DNA of 64,000 nucleotides. Origin: Bacteroidota bacterium (lineage in GTDB: Bacteria; Bacteroidota; Ignavibacteria; Kapaibacteriales; UBA961). Positions 51,720-62,300 of this stretch are shown one piece after another (the first letter of the stretch is position 1; each line of letters begins with the position of its first letter). The DNA lies in contig OZ123195.1 of assembly GCA_964204605.1 (NCBI GenBank), positions 120,968-184,967 of the forward strand, in the 5' to 3' direction. A program made the translations under genes and the position numbers. The notes under the pieces were generated by a model, which was given only the letters and a program-made list of their open reading frames with translations, searched no databases and had not been told where the DNA came from.

Positions 51720-51892
51720 GGTTTTGAACGAATCCACCTCTTCTTTCCCTCATGTGAGGGGTGCCCCTTGGGCGGGGTGAAAGAAAGAACACACCCCGCA
51801 AATCTGAATTTGTCACCCCTCTTTGTAGAGGGGAATATAATTACCTTATACCCAACAAACAGATTCTTGTATACAATAGAAGTATATAAAGC

Positions 51893-51925
51893 AAAAAAAC
51901 CAATGCATAAGCATTGGTTTTTTTA
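51893..51925. terminator. Bidirectional intrinsic terminator downstream of tRNA-Leu (minus) and of the udg / GC-rich element (plus)
   Basis: Perfect 10-bp stem AAACCAATGC/GCATTGGTTT (51897-51906 / 51911-51920) with a 4-nt loop, flanked by an A7 and a T7 run. Confidence 0.85.
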
Positions 51926-51943
51926 TATCCTAAAAAAGGACAG

Positions 51944-52027
51944 TGCAGAAGGTGGGACTCGAACCCACACGGGTTTAGGGCCCACTGGATTTTGAGTCCA
52001 GCGCGTCTGCCATTTCGCCACTCCTGC
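51944..52027 (-). tRNA. tRNA-Leu (anticodon CAA), class II with long variable arm
   Basis: Minus strand: GCAGGAG-TG-GCGAAATGGCAGACGC-G-CTGGA-CTCAAAA-TCCAG-variable arm-GTGGG-TTCGAGT-CCCAC-CTTCTGC-A. The 7-bp acceptor stem has one G-U pair. T-loop is TTCGAGT. CCA is not encoded. Confidence 0.9.
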
Positions 52028-52052
52028 ATAGAAAATTACAACGAAAGGCTTG

Positions 52053-52060
52053 CAAAAATA
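52053..52060 (-). promoter_or_regulatory. Candidate Bacteroidota-type -7 promoter box (TAnnTTTG) for tRNA-Leu
   Basis: The minus strand reads TATTTTTG about 25 nt upstream of the mature tRNA 5' end. No convincing -33 TTTG partner was identified. Confidence 0.3.
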
Positions 52061-52107
52061 CACAATTTGGCTTCACTGCCAACATATAAAGGTGATCGAA
52101 TTATAAA

Positions 52108-54999
52108 CTATCTTGAAATCATAAGTTGTTTTACCGATAGCATAGATCCATTTTGAATAATAGCTAGAGAATATACTCCATTAGATAATGAAGATATATC
52201 CATAGTTATAATATCCTGTATTCTATTGTTCACATTAATCTGTTGAACTTCTTTTCCTAGGAAATCATAGCATATTACTTTGTCGATATATGTGTTGAAA
52301 ATATTAGATATGATTATCGATTCCTTAGCAGGATTTGGATAGATAATAAAATCTGATTGCTTGTCATCTTGCCTTTTAATATCAGTAGAAGAAGAGAACA
52401 GAATATCATCTATAGACCATCCAGCATCTTGAATAGAACCATTCGATTTAAAACGAAATCGAAGTAAAGCAGTATCAGATTCTGCTTTAAATAGTAATGT
52501 CTCTGGTTTCCAGTCTGCATCATTCTGTTCGCCATCATTCCACGGAGTATAACTATTCCTATTATATGTAGATAATTGATTCCATTGTTTGCCCCAATCA
52601 GACGAATATTCTACAATTGCAGAGTCTTCTATGTCTACAATTGCTGCATGCCAAAATGACAATGCATATGTGCTTTTATTCATTGTTTTGATTGGGAAAA
52701 TCATAAAAGTATCTTTTTCATTTCTTGAATAAAGCCCATCTGGAGATTCATCTAAAGAAAATGGTTTTGAATGGGCAAATACAGAATTGCTTTTAAATGT
52801 ACCCCCAATATGATATTTAGGCAATACAGTTTCGTCAAAAGTTTCCGAATGGTTAGATAATACTGGGCCACCATATGCAAGTATATCAAATGATTTTGCG
52901 CTTTCAAGCTTTGATGCTGATCCATCTTTTATAGTGCTATAATAATGATACCAGCCTTTTTCATTAAGTGAATCAACGATTTTTAATACTTTGCCAGTGT
53001 CTGTAATGGACAAAGCAAATTCTTTTATCTTCAATCCATCACGAAAAATCAATAATGAATGTGGATTGACAAATGGTGTTATCGTATCTGCTCTGAATGC
53101 TGGAATAGAAATCGATAATTGTATAGAATTTGGTGATGCTATGGGAGAAAAGGATAAAATCTTTGGAGCCTGTGGTAATTTAGAACCACCTGCTGTACAT
53201 GAAACTAAGCGTTCTGCACTGGTGTCTTGGCCAATAATAGCCCTAATTGAATACTTATATAATCTATAAGCAATAACAGATGTATCTCTGTAGGTAAACT
53301 GTCCAGATGGAAGAGATGCTAAAAATTGATTATTTCTAAATAAAATATAGGAGCATTCTCCATTTAAACTTTGGCCAAAAGATCGTGCTTTTGGAGCTTC
53401 CCAGTATAATGTTATAAGCGTAGTATCAATAGATGATGGCCTTGCCCAAAATGGATCTGGAGGTTGCGGATTTCTAGTATTGATAATGGAAGTGTACACA
53501 TCATTATCTATTTTGGTAATAGCAGCATTACGCATATCTACCCATGATGGATAAATAATACCATCATAAAATGTACATCCACTATAATCACCAGCAAAAA
53601 CATTGTTCTGAAATGGATTATTTCTTAAATCACTCGCAGCATCAGAAGCTCTTCTATCTAGCCAAGTATCGCCACCATTGCTAGAATAGCTGATATAACA
53701 ATTAGTGATGATATTTTGTTTGTCATCTCTAGAATCTAAATACATCACAGCTATATCGCCATTTGTAGGGTCTATACTTATCCATGGCCAAAATTGATCA
53801 TTTGAAATGTCTGAATGAATAATCTTAGCCTTAGACCACGTAATTCCTTCATCGGTGGATCTAGAAAAATAAATATTTGGAACTGAATCGGCAGCCCATA
53901 CTAAATATAAATATCCTTTTCTTTTGTCTGAATATATATCACAGGTTAAAGATGGATATGCTTCTGCTCGGACACCGCCTTTTAATGTATGCCTAGGCCC
54001 TTCCGGTAAATCTTTAGTGATTCCAAAGGTATTATATGTTTGTATGATTTCTGGATTAGAAAATGTAATGCCACCATCAATGGATTTAGAAAAACCTATG
54101 GATTTTTTAGGACCAAAATTCCAGACAGTATATACTTGTCCTAAAGGGCCTGTTACTGATAATGGGAAGCTCTGCCCGAATGTTGTATCCTCTGAAATAC
54201 CTGATATTCTGTTGCTTACTGGAACTGGTACAGACCAAGTATTTCCTTGATCTGTAGAATATACATTGACAATTTGTGTTGATGAGTCTCGATTAATGAC
54301 ACGTTTCCAAGGTATGTATAATCGTTTATAATATGGTGATATAGGTGAATTATCTGACCAAATATAATATTTGTCTTCAAAACTTGAATCTGGAGTTTGA
54401 TCTCCCACATGTTGTATTACGGGAATATGCTTTATCCACGTTAAACCACCATCGGTTGTTTTAGAAAAAAATACTCCGTTTTCAGGAGACACTTTGGCTC
54501 TGTCTCCAAAAGCACCATATACTAAAAATCCAATGCCATCATTATTAAATGCAACGGAAGGGTCGTTACTGGAAGTTGTCATTTTAGGTGGTTTCCCCAG
54601 ATTTGTATTCTTCCACGTTTTTCCTCCATCAAATGAATAATACACCCACGTAGATGAATTAGAGCGATAATCTACAGCAGATCCAATTAAATTTTTGGGA
54701 TTCTTAGGATTGATTGCGATTGAGGATTCATTTTGAACAGGAAATTGATCTGTTTCTGTAACAATCATATTTGCATTATCAAAAAACAATGAATTTGCCT
54801 CAATAGATTGCACCATTGGAATCATTGGGCTTGCACTATTTTTTTGTATTTGTGGAGTTGGATGCGCACTTTCCATATACCTTTTTAATGCTTCTCCAGC
54901 TTTTTTTAATTCATTATTCCTTTCATTGTTTTGTGCTTGTAGTGTACATGAAAAAAAGCACAATGCAAATAGTAAGTTAGTGTAGAATATGTGAGTCAT
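52108..54999 (-). CDS. Secreted BNR/Asp-box repeat (sialidase-fold) protein with FN3-like and lectin-like modules and a T9SS C-terminal sorting domain
   Basis: Asp-boxes SFDGGKTW, TTDGGLTW, STDQGNTW, SIDGGITF, STDEGITW, SSNGGDTW. C-terminal FIIYPNPAKESIII...GVYSLAI... is a T9SS CTD. The likely start is MTHIFYTNLLFALCFF (ATG at 54997-54999), not 55065. Confidence 0.8.
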   Translation of the reverse strand: MTHIFYTNLLFALCFFSCTLQAQNNERNNELKKAGEALKRYMESAHPTPQIQKNSASPMIPMVQSIEANSLFFDNANMIVTETDQFPVQNESSIAINPKNPKNLIGSAVDYRSNSSTWVYYSFDGGKTWKNTNLGKPPKMTTSSNDPSVAFNNDGIGFLVYGAFGDRAKVSPENGVFFSKTTDGGLTWIKHIPVIQHVGDQTPDSSFEDKYYIWSDNSPISPYYKRLYIPWKRVINRDSSTQIVNVYSTDQGNTWSVPVPVSNRISGISEDTTFGQSFPLSVTGPLGQVYTVWNFGPKKSIGFSKSIDGGITFSNPEIIQTYNTFGITKDLPEGPRHTLKGGVRAEAYPSLTCDIYSDKRKGYLYLVWAADSVPNIYFSRSTDEGITWSKAKIIHSDISNDQFWPWISIDPTNGDIAVMYLDSRDDKQNIITNCYISYSSNGGDTWLDRRASDAASDLRNNPFQNNVFAGDYSGCTFYDGIIYPSWVDMRNAAITKIDNDVYTSIINTRNPQPPDPFWARPSSIDTTLITLYWEAPKARSFGQSLNGECSYILFRNNQFLASLPSGQFTYRDTSVIAYRLYKYSIRAIIGQDTSAERLVSCTAGGSKLPQAPKILSFSPIASPNSIQLSISIPAFRADTITPFVNPHSLLIFRDGLKIKEFALSITDTGKVLKIVDSLNEKGWYHYYSTIKDGSASKLESAKSFDILAYGGPVLSNHSETFDETVLPKYHIGGTFKSNSVFAHSKPFSLDESPDGLYSRNEKDTFMIFPIKTMNKSTYALSFWHAAIVDIEDSAIVEYSSDWGKQWNQLSTYNRNSYTPWNDGEQNDADWKPETLLFKAESDTALLRFRFKSNGSIQDAGWSIDDILFSSSTDIKRQDDKQSDFIIYPNPAKESIIISNIFNTYIDKVICYDFLGKEVQQINVNNRIQDIITMDISSLSNGVYSLAIIQNGSMLSVKQLMISR

Positions 55000-55120
55000 A
55001 ATTGTATATTGTTTTAATAATATGAAGTATACAAAACTAGGCTTTTCCACTTCATAGAAAAGCACGAAATTTGTGCATACAATATCGTGCTACATGTAAT
55101 ATAATCATAAGGAACATACC

Positions 55121-56017
55121 ATGGAAGTGTATGGAATTGATAAGAATTTTCTTGCTATAGGGCCTGAACATTCATCGTTAGAATTATCTTCAATTGCAAT
55201 AGTATCAGCACCTTATGAGCATACTGTAAGTTATGGTGCAGGTACAAAAAAAGGCCCTAAAGGAATTATCAAAGCTAGTGCTTATGTAGAATTTTATGAT
55301 GATGAAACAAAAAGAGAATTATGTTTCGAAAAAGGTATCGCAACGATAAAGCCATTAGTATTTGGCGATGCTGTGCATAAAGATGCCTTAGATATTATTG
55401 AACATCAAGTGAGTGCTCTTTTAAGTATGGGTAAATTTGTAGTCACTTTGGGTGGTGAACATACTATCTCCACTGCACCGATTCATGCACATTTTAAAAA
55501 GCACCCTAATATGTCGGTGCTTCATTTTGATGCTCATTCTGATTTAAGAGATTCTTATGAAGGATCTAAATATTCTCATGCATGCTTTATGGCTAGAGTA
55601 TGCGAATTTATGTCTCCACAAAAAATCACACAAGTTGGTATTCGTGCCCAATGTAAAGAAGAAGCAGAATTTATTAAAAAGAAGAAAGTAAATACCTTTT
55701 ATGCATCGGCGATCAGAAGAAATAAGCATACAAGAAAATGGCAAAAGAAAGTGGTAGAAACCCTTGCGGATGAAGTATATATTACTTTTGATGTTGATTA
55801 TTTTGACCCAGCAATTATGCCTTCTACAGGGACTCCTGAGCCAGATGGTTTTTTATATAGTGAAACATTAGATGTGTTCAGAGAAATTATCGCTTCTGGA
55901 AGGAAAATTATAGGTTTAGATATCGTAGAATTAGCACCAGATAAATCGTTATATCACCCTGATTTAACTGTAGCAAGATTATTATATAAAATATTAAACT
56001 TAGCTTTTAATGCATAG
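55121..56017 (+). CDS. speB: Agmatinase (arginase/ureohydrolase family)
   Basis: Mn-ligand motifs GGEHTIS, HFDAHSDL, FDVDYFDP and SGTPEP-like STGTPEPDG. Confidence 0.85.
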   Translation: MEVYGIDKNFLAIGPEHSSLELSSIAIVSAPYEHTVSYGAGTKKGPKGIIKASAYVEFYDDETKRELCFEKGIATIKPLVFGDAVHKDALDIIEHQVSALLSMGKFVVTLGGEHTISTAPIHAHFKKHPNMSVLHFDAHSDLRDSYEGSKYSHACFMARVCEFMSPQKITQVGIRAQCKEEAEFIKKKKVNTFYASAIRRNKHTRKWQKKVVETLADEVYITFDVDYFDPAIMPSTGTPEPDGFLYSETLDVFREIIASGRKIIGLDIVELAPDKSLYHPDLTVARLLYKILNLAFNA

Positions 56018-56018
56018 T

Positions 56019-56756
56019 TTATTCAACAGAAAATGATTTCAGAACTACATGCTCACCATCAAATACAGCATAATGTGATGGTAGTGAAAGCCAATGTCCT
56101 AAGTTAATATATGTACCATTACCAAATACAATTGTTTCGGCTTTGTGTTTATGACCCATAATCACAAAGTCGAATTTCTCATGTATGATTTTATGTTGCG
56201 CAAAGTCTTTCATTCCATCTTTACCATCTATCGATTCATATTCCTGTTTATCAGTATGCCCTCTGCTTTCCTTGGATGCATGTGCAGCTATTGCTATCCC
56301 AATATCTGGATGTATCCATTTGAACAATAATTTACTCAAAGGATTCCTTAGTATTTTCTTAAGTATTGTATATCCTTGATCATTATATGCTTTTCCATCA
56401 CCATGTGACAAATAAAATGTTTTCCCATTATGTTCTCTTATGATATCATCTTCATATACATGAATGCCAAATTCTTGCTGAAAAAAAGACATATGCCCAA
56501 AGTCATGATTGCCCATAAGATAGTCTATTGATTTACCTTTTTTTGTCCAATTCTGCAATGCAGCCAAGATAGAAATATATTGTTTCGGTATAACTGTTGA
56601 ATATTCAAACCAATAATCAAATAAATCACCTATAATATATAAGTGATCACAATCATCTTCAATTTTCTGTAAAAATTGTAAAAATGCTTGTTCTGTCTCT
56701 TTTTGCTTTTGCTTATTCCCCAAGCCAATATGTACATCTGAAATAAAGTATATCAT
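56019..56756 (-). CDS. lpxH: UDP-2,3-diacylglucosamine diphosphatase
   Basis: Calcineurin-like metallophosphoesterase motifs ISDVHIG, GDLFDYW, GNHDF and GHKH, with LpxH-like length. Confidence 0.8.
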   Translation of the reverse strand: MIYFISDVHIGLGNKQKQKETEQAFLQFLQKIEDDCDHLYIIGDLFDYWFEYSTVIPKQYISILAALQNWTKKGKSIDYLMGNHDFGHMSFFQQEFGIHVYEDDIIREHNGKTFYLSHGDGKAYNDQGYTILKKILRNPLSKLLFKWIHPDIGIAIAAHASKESRGHTDKQEYESIDGKDGMKDFAQHKIIHEKFDFVIMGHKHKAETIVFGNGTYINLGHWLSLPSHYAVFDGEHVVLKSFSVE

Positions 56757-56836
56757 GTAAAATGCTATCTTTTAACTACTTTAGTGAATTAACATTCGCA
56801 AATTACTGATTGTTTAATTAAGTAAATCAGTTATCT

Positions 56837-58087
56837 ATGAGATATAAGAAATTATTCTATTCTTGTTTTATTTTGTGTCTTGGTGCTTTTACATATTGCT
56901 TTTCTCAAGATAAATGTAATGCAGAACTATTGCTGGATGGAAGCGAAAATTTAGTTTTTGCTGATATAGATTCTACTGGCAATTGGTGGGCAATCACTCA
57001 GCCATATTCACATAGATACAGTGTCATTATTCAAGGGTTTAGGCATTCAGATTTTGATTCGGTAAAACAATTGGTGTTCTCAGCAGATGGATTGCATTAT
57101 GCATATTTTGCTTTTAAAACAGGACAATGGAATATCATTATTGATGATACCATGTTGAGCCTGAAAGCAAATTTACCAGGTATTATCTCTTTTAATAGGC
57201 GTGGTTTTGTTTTCTATTCAATGTTTCAAGGGGACAATGAAATTCTTTTTATTGAACAAGACAATGGGGAGTTCTTTCAATATTCTTTGTTTAATAGGGT
57301 GGGGAACATACATATAAGTAATGATTGTAAGCATTATGCTTATCAAGCCAAAAGAGGTAATTCTGTATCTGTCATTATTGATAATATTGAGTCTGATAGA
57401 TTTACTAGGATTAATTCTTGTGGATTTATGCTTGATAATTCATTTGTATATGTAGCCGAAATTGGTGAACAATGCCGATTAATGAGATCTGAAAAAGAAT
57501 TACTTTTTGCGTCTGCAATATCTGAATTACAATTAAATCAAGCCCAAACTATTATCGGATGTATTAAAAGAGTTGGAAATACATATAATGCTATGATGAT
57601 TTCTGATGAATTTAGAGAGCCATTTTATTCCCCGCCTTATGATATGATTTCAAATATTAACCTTCATCCAGAAGCGGCATTAATAGGGTTTAAAGCGATG
57701 AAAAATAATAATCCAAGGATAGTTTTAAATAGTAGTGAATATGAATCTGGAATTCAATCCGGAAATCCTACTTTCTCTCATGATGGAAGTGCATTCTTCT
57801 TTGCTGGTGATAATAATCAAGATCAATTTATGAGTATTAATGGACAAAAATATATACAAAAAAATGGTCTAAACCCTACTAAAATATATGCTTTAGCACC
57901 AGGATCTTCTACTTTTGCTTTTACAACTAGTTCTGCCTTGATTATGCAGAATATACAGAATAGTTTTTCCTATGCTGGGATAATGGTTGATACAACATCA
58001 CATCCAATCTATAATCATAAAACAAAAAGATATGAAGCATTAGGTGTCATAAGAAACAGACTCTATCTTATGTATTGTTATCCATAA
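56837..58087 (+). CDS. Hypothetical secreted repeat protein, PD40/TolB-like beta-propeller-type repeats suspected
   Basis: Signal peptide. Recurrent pattern ...S.DG.HYAY.A...G.W.IIID... (FSADGLHYAYFAFKTGQWNIIIDD; NDCKHYAYQAKRGNSVSVIIDN; FSHDGSAFFFAG). Confidence 0.5.
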   Translation: MRYKKLFYSCFILCLGAFTYCFSQDKCNAELLLDGSENLVFADIDSTGNWWAITQPYSHRYSVIIQGFRHSDFDSVKQLVFSADGLHYAYFAFKTGQWNIIIDDTMLSLKANLPGIISFNRRGFVFYSMFQGDNEILFIEQDNGEFFQYSLFNRVGNIHISNDCKHYAYQAKRGNSVSVIIDNIESDRFTRINSCGFMLDNSFVYVAEIGEQCRLMRSEKELLFASAISELQLNQAQTIIGCIKRVGNTYNAMMISDEFREPFYSPPYDMISNINLHPEAALIGFKAMKNNNPRIVLNSSEYESGIQSGNPTFSHDGSAFFFAGDNNQDQFMSINGQKYIQKNGLNPTKIYALAPGSSTFAFTTSSALIMQNIQNSFSYAGIMVDTTSHPIYNHKTKRYEALGVIRNRLYLMYCYP

Positions 58088-58155
58088 TTTTGTTTTGATT
58101 GATGTGATATTCTCTGTAATTTGAATGTGAATGAATATTCGATTATTAAGGATAT

Positions 58156-58716
58156 ATGATGGACAGAAGACTAGAAGTAATTAAAGCAACTATTTTATTA
58201 GCAGCTGAAAGGGGAGTTCATGATGCTCCTATGTCTGAAATTTACAAAAAAGCTGGAGTATCTGCGGGAACAATCTATCATCATTTTAGAAGTAAAGATG
58301 AATTATTAGGTGCAACCTATATATGGATAATGGGAAAGTTAGCTGCTGAATTAGCAGGTGGTTTAGGCTCTGATTATACATATCAAGAACGATTCACAAA
58401 ATATTGGACAATCCTCTTTTCATATTTTGAACAGAATAGAGATGAATATAAATATATAGAATATACGTCTAGGGGTCCTATATTATCCAAAGAGATAAAA
58501 GAAGAGGGTAATAATCAATTAATTGAAGTATTTGAATTTTTACAAGCTGGTATGTTTCAGAATGTATTAAGCCCTATGCCTGTTCATTTAATGATGTCTA
58601 TTGTTCTAAATTCTGTAATGACGGCATTACATTATATTGAAGAGCAATCACATATTAATCTAGACCAGACTATCAATATAGCCTTAACTTCGTGTTGGAA
58701 GGGAATTAAAGCATAA
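58156..58716 (+). CDS. TetR/AcrR-family transcriptional regulator
   Basis: N-terminal HTH: AAERGVHDAPMSEIYKKAGVSAGTIYHHFRSKDELL. Confidence 0.85.
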   Translation: MMDRRLEVIKATILLAAERGVHDAPMSEIYKKAGVSAGTIYHHFRSKDELLGATYIWIMGKLAAELAGGLGSDYTYQERFTKYWTILFSYFEQNRDEYKYIEYTSRGPILSKEIKEEGNNQLIEVFEFLQAGMFQNVLSPMPVHLMMSIVLNSVMTALHYIEEQSHINLDQTINIALTSCWKGIKA

Positions 58717-58728
58717 TAATACGAATGA

Positions 58729-59292
58729 TTATTTCATTCTATCTTCTTTAAAATTGAGAGTTTCTGGGTCTGCAGCTAGTTTACGGACTAATTCAAGGAT
58801 TTCTTTATCAAGGATACCATTTGAATTCCAAAAATGCACAGATCCGGTAACTGCATCTTCATATCCACTTATACCGCACACCAAGCTAACTGTAGTTTGT
58901 TCTTCTGTTAGTTCTCTGACACGGAATTCATATTTAACTCTACCCGCTATCCATTTTCCACCACGGATAACAGGAAGCCTACCATATCGCTCTAGTACAT
59001 CAGCTGTAGTATCTGGATCGGAAGCAAATACACAAAAATCAGAGCGAATCGAGCCTCTATACAGATTTGTATTCTCATCTAATTTTGGTTCTCTTGTAGA
59101 GGGATCTGAGAAAGTGCCTTTGACAAAAAAAGCACGCTTAATAGATTTCCATACTGTTTTGATTGGATAATTAAGTGTATCATTTGTTGTTATTTGTGGT
59201 AAATCCTCTTCAAATTGAGCTTTTAGAGAAGTACTATCTACACTAATCAAACAAAGGAACATGAATAAACTTGCAAAGAAAAACTTTTTCAT
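58729..59292 (-). CDS. Hypothetical secreted protein
   Basis: Signal peptide MKKFFFASLFMFLCLISVDSTSLKAQ. No known motif. The antisense 138-aa ORF on the plus strand is judged spurious. Confidence 0.5.
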   Translation of the reverse strand: MKKFFFASLFMFLCLISVDSTSLKAQFEEDLPQITTNDTLNYPIKTVWKSIKRAFFVKGTFSDPSTREPKLDENTNLYRGSIRSDFCVFASDPDTTADVLERYGRLPVIRGGKWIAGRVKYEFRVRELTEEQTTVSLVCGISGYEDAVTGSVHFWNSNGILDKEILELVRKLAADPETLNFKEDRMK

Positions 59293-59325
59293 ATGTGAAA
59301 ACCTAAATGTAAAAAGGAAGCTACA

Positions 59326-62300
59326 TTATACAGCAATATCTTGTCTTGTAAATCGAACTGACACTACTTTAGAGACACCTTCTTCTTCTTGTGTGATGCC
59401 ATAAAGGGTATCAGCCGCTTCCATTGTTTTTTTATTATGTGTAATCATTAAAAACTGAGTTTTATCGCTAAAGCTTCTAATGAGTTGTAAATATCTATCG
59501 ATATTAGCATCATCTAAAGGTGCATCTACTTCATCCAAAATACAAAATGGACTTGGTTTAACAAGGTAAATTGCAAAGAGTAATGCAATTGCAGTTAATG
59601 TCTTTTCACCTGCAGAAAGTAATTCAATTGATTGAGGTCTTTTGCCGGGTGGTTTTGCTGAGATCTCTATAGAACATTCAAGCGGGTCGCCTTCGCCAAG
59701 ATGAATATCTGCCTCGCCACTTCCGCTAAATAATACAGAAAATAAATGTTTAAAATGTACTTTGATTTGCTCGAAAGTATCATGAAAACGTTGCTGAGCT
59801 GTCCGATTTATTTCTGTCATAGTATCTTGCAAAGAACCTTCTGCTTCAGACAAATCGGCCAACTGTGATTTTAGAAATTCAAATCGCTCATGTTCTTTTT
59901 CATATTCTTCTAAAGCCAGAAAATTAACATTTCCTAAGCTTTGTAAACGTTGAGTAATCTTTTTAGACTTTTCTCTTTCGATAATTTCATCAAAATCTGC
60001 AGGTGGAATCCAATCTTCTGGTATATGTATTAAATCTATACCAGGAGAATGCTCTTCGGCTTTTTCTACTATTCTTTTATATTCGATTTGCGCTTGTTGT
60101 AAACTTAATGCAGAAGAATGAATGAATTGCATGATTGAATGTTGTTCCGCCCTGATCTTAGCTTCATATTCTTTTGCTTCATTTCGAATTCTTTTAAATT
60201 CCAAAGATTTTGATTCGCAATTAGCTATAACTTCTTTTAGGAATTGTAATCGTTCTTGTTCTTCGGTGATTTCTTTGTTGACAGAAAAAATGGATGATTC
60301 TAAAGATTGTAGTTCTATGTGTGCTCTTTTTTGTTCATTCTCTAAAAACTGCAATTGATCATTTTTTTGTTTTATAAGTTCTATTAGACGATTAACTTCA
60401 TGGATTGCAACTCGTTCTTCAGCTTTTTTTTGCACAATTATTAATTCAGCAGCCCTATATAAATCTTCAGCTTTCGATAAGTCAGTTTCTGCTATACGAT
60501 ATTTGCTTAACATAGTTTGTTTTGATTCCATAAGAACATCTTTGTTCTGCAAGATGTGTTCTATGGTTTCTTTATCATCGGTATTACTTTGTAATAAATT
60601 CTGCATGTGTTGCTGAAAATCTACAAGAGCATCTTTTTGTCTTTGGAGAGAAACTTCTAAAGCTTCTTTTTTATACATCAATTGAGCAACTGATTGTTGA
60701 AATGAATTTTTTTCATGTTCAGCTTTTCGGACATCATCATGTAAGGCGGGAATATTGATTGAATTGAATTCAATTTTAGATGTTTCAAGCGTTTGTTGAA
60801 GTTTGATAATATGAGCATTAATTGAATTCAATGCTTTAGTTAATTTTGCTATCTGCTCTCTTTTGCCGATATTTTTACCTTCCGATGATGAAGTAGAACC
60901 CCCGCGAATGATACCCGAAGCAGAAAAAATTTCGCCTTTTAGAGTGATAAAACTAAAATCTTTATTATTAATAGCTAATTCCATAGCAATATTGGCATTT
61001 TCAACGATGATAGTTTTAGCTAAAAGTATACGGAGAATATTCCTGATATGTTCATCAACTTGTACGATTTCGCTTGCTAATCCTATGATACCATCAGCTT
61101 GAGGGTAATTTTGAAGAGGCTTTACTGTTGGTATTAATGATGAACATATAAAAGATGATTTTCCTTTATTGTGTTTGTGTAATTCAGCGCAACCTGCCAA
61201 AGCTTCTTCTTGATTATCTACAACAAAATACTTTCCTGCTTCTCCTAAAGCTGCATCTATAGCAATTGTAAATGATTCTTCTGCATCTATAATTTCTGCA
61301 AGAGTGATTTTACCGCCCTTAGGATTCCAAGAAGTAGATGAAGAGAGATGAACAGAGCTTTCTGAAGTATCAATAAGATTTTTAAGGAATTCTATTGAAG
61401 CAGAATGATGTCCCTTTTCATTCTGAAGATCTCCTAATGTTTGCTGAATAGTAGTAATTGTGCTTTGCAATGATTCTATATAAAATTGTTTTTCACTAAC
61501 AATATGTTCAGCATTAAGGACAGCTTTGATAAATCCATCTGTTAATAATTCTTTTTCCGATATTTCTTTCTGAAGTAAATCTAAAGAAACTAATGTTTGA
61601 TTTTGTTCAGAATTTGTTTCTAAAATGCGCCTTTCTAATCCTGCGATTCTTTCTGAAGTCCTATCAGAGGCAGATCTATGTTGGGATAATGTTGAATCTA
61701 TTTGAGAAATTTCTGAATCAAAAGCAGTTGATTGTTTATATAATTCTTGAGCATAGATTTTTGCGGCTTCGCGTGTATCATTTAATACTTGAATATCTTT
61801 TTTATATTCTGAACATTCTGAAGATAGATTTTGAGCTTTCTGTCTTGATTGTTCGCAAGTTATTTCTGCTTGATTTAATAAAAGTTCAGTCTCTTTTTGT
61901 AGATCTGCAGCTCGAAACATTGCATCAGAAAAAGCTTTGATTCTTTCATTTGACACAGCTTTTTGTTGGCTCATCGCAGCGAAAGCTGTAGATGAATTCT
62001 GGAATTCATCTTGAAATTCTTTCATTTCGGATTCAAAACTTTCTGCATCATGTTCAATAGATATTCTAGACTTTTCGGCTTCAATGAGAATAATATTAAT
62101 GGAGTTTAACTGTTCTTGTAAAGGTATATATTCCTCATTTTTGGATTGTAATATATTCTCAATTCTTTTTAATTCAGAATACAATAACCACGATTGAGAA
62201 GAAGATAATTGTTTAGTTAAATCGGCATGTAATTTTGCTTTATCGGCTTGACGAGCTAAAGAATAGACATTCTTTTGTACTTCTCTAAGAATATCCTGCA

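Noticed and set aside
51768-52156. Three track ORFs (51768..51995 +, 51841..52029 -, 51914..52156 +)
   Set aside because: They overlap tRNA-Leu and its terminator, have no protein-like motifs and start within structured RNA sequence. I treat them as spurious.
58133-58140. GAATATTC palindrome upstream of the TetR gene as its operator
   Set aside because: Only 8 bp are palindromic and the symmetry does not extend. Matches like this are expected by chance in AT-rich DNA.
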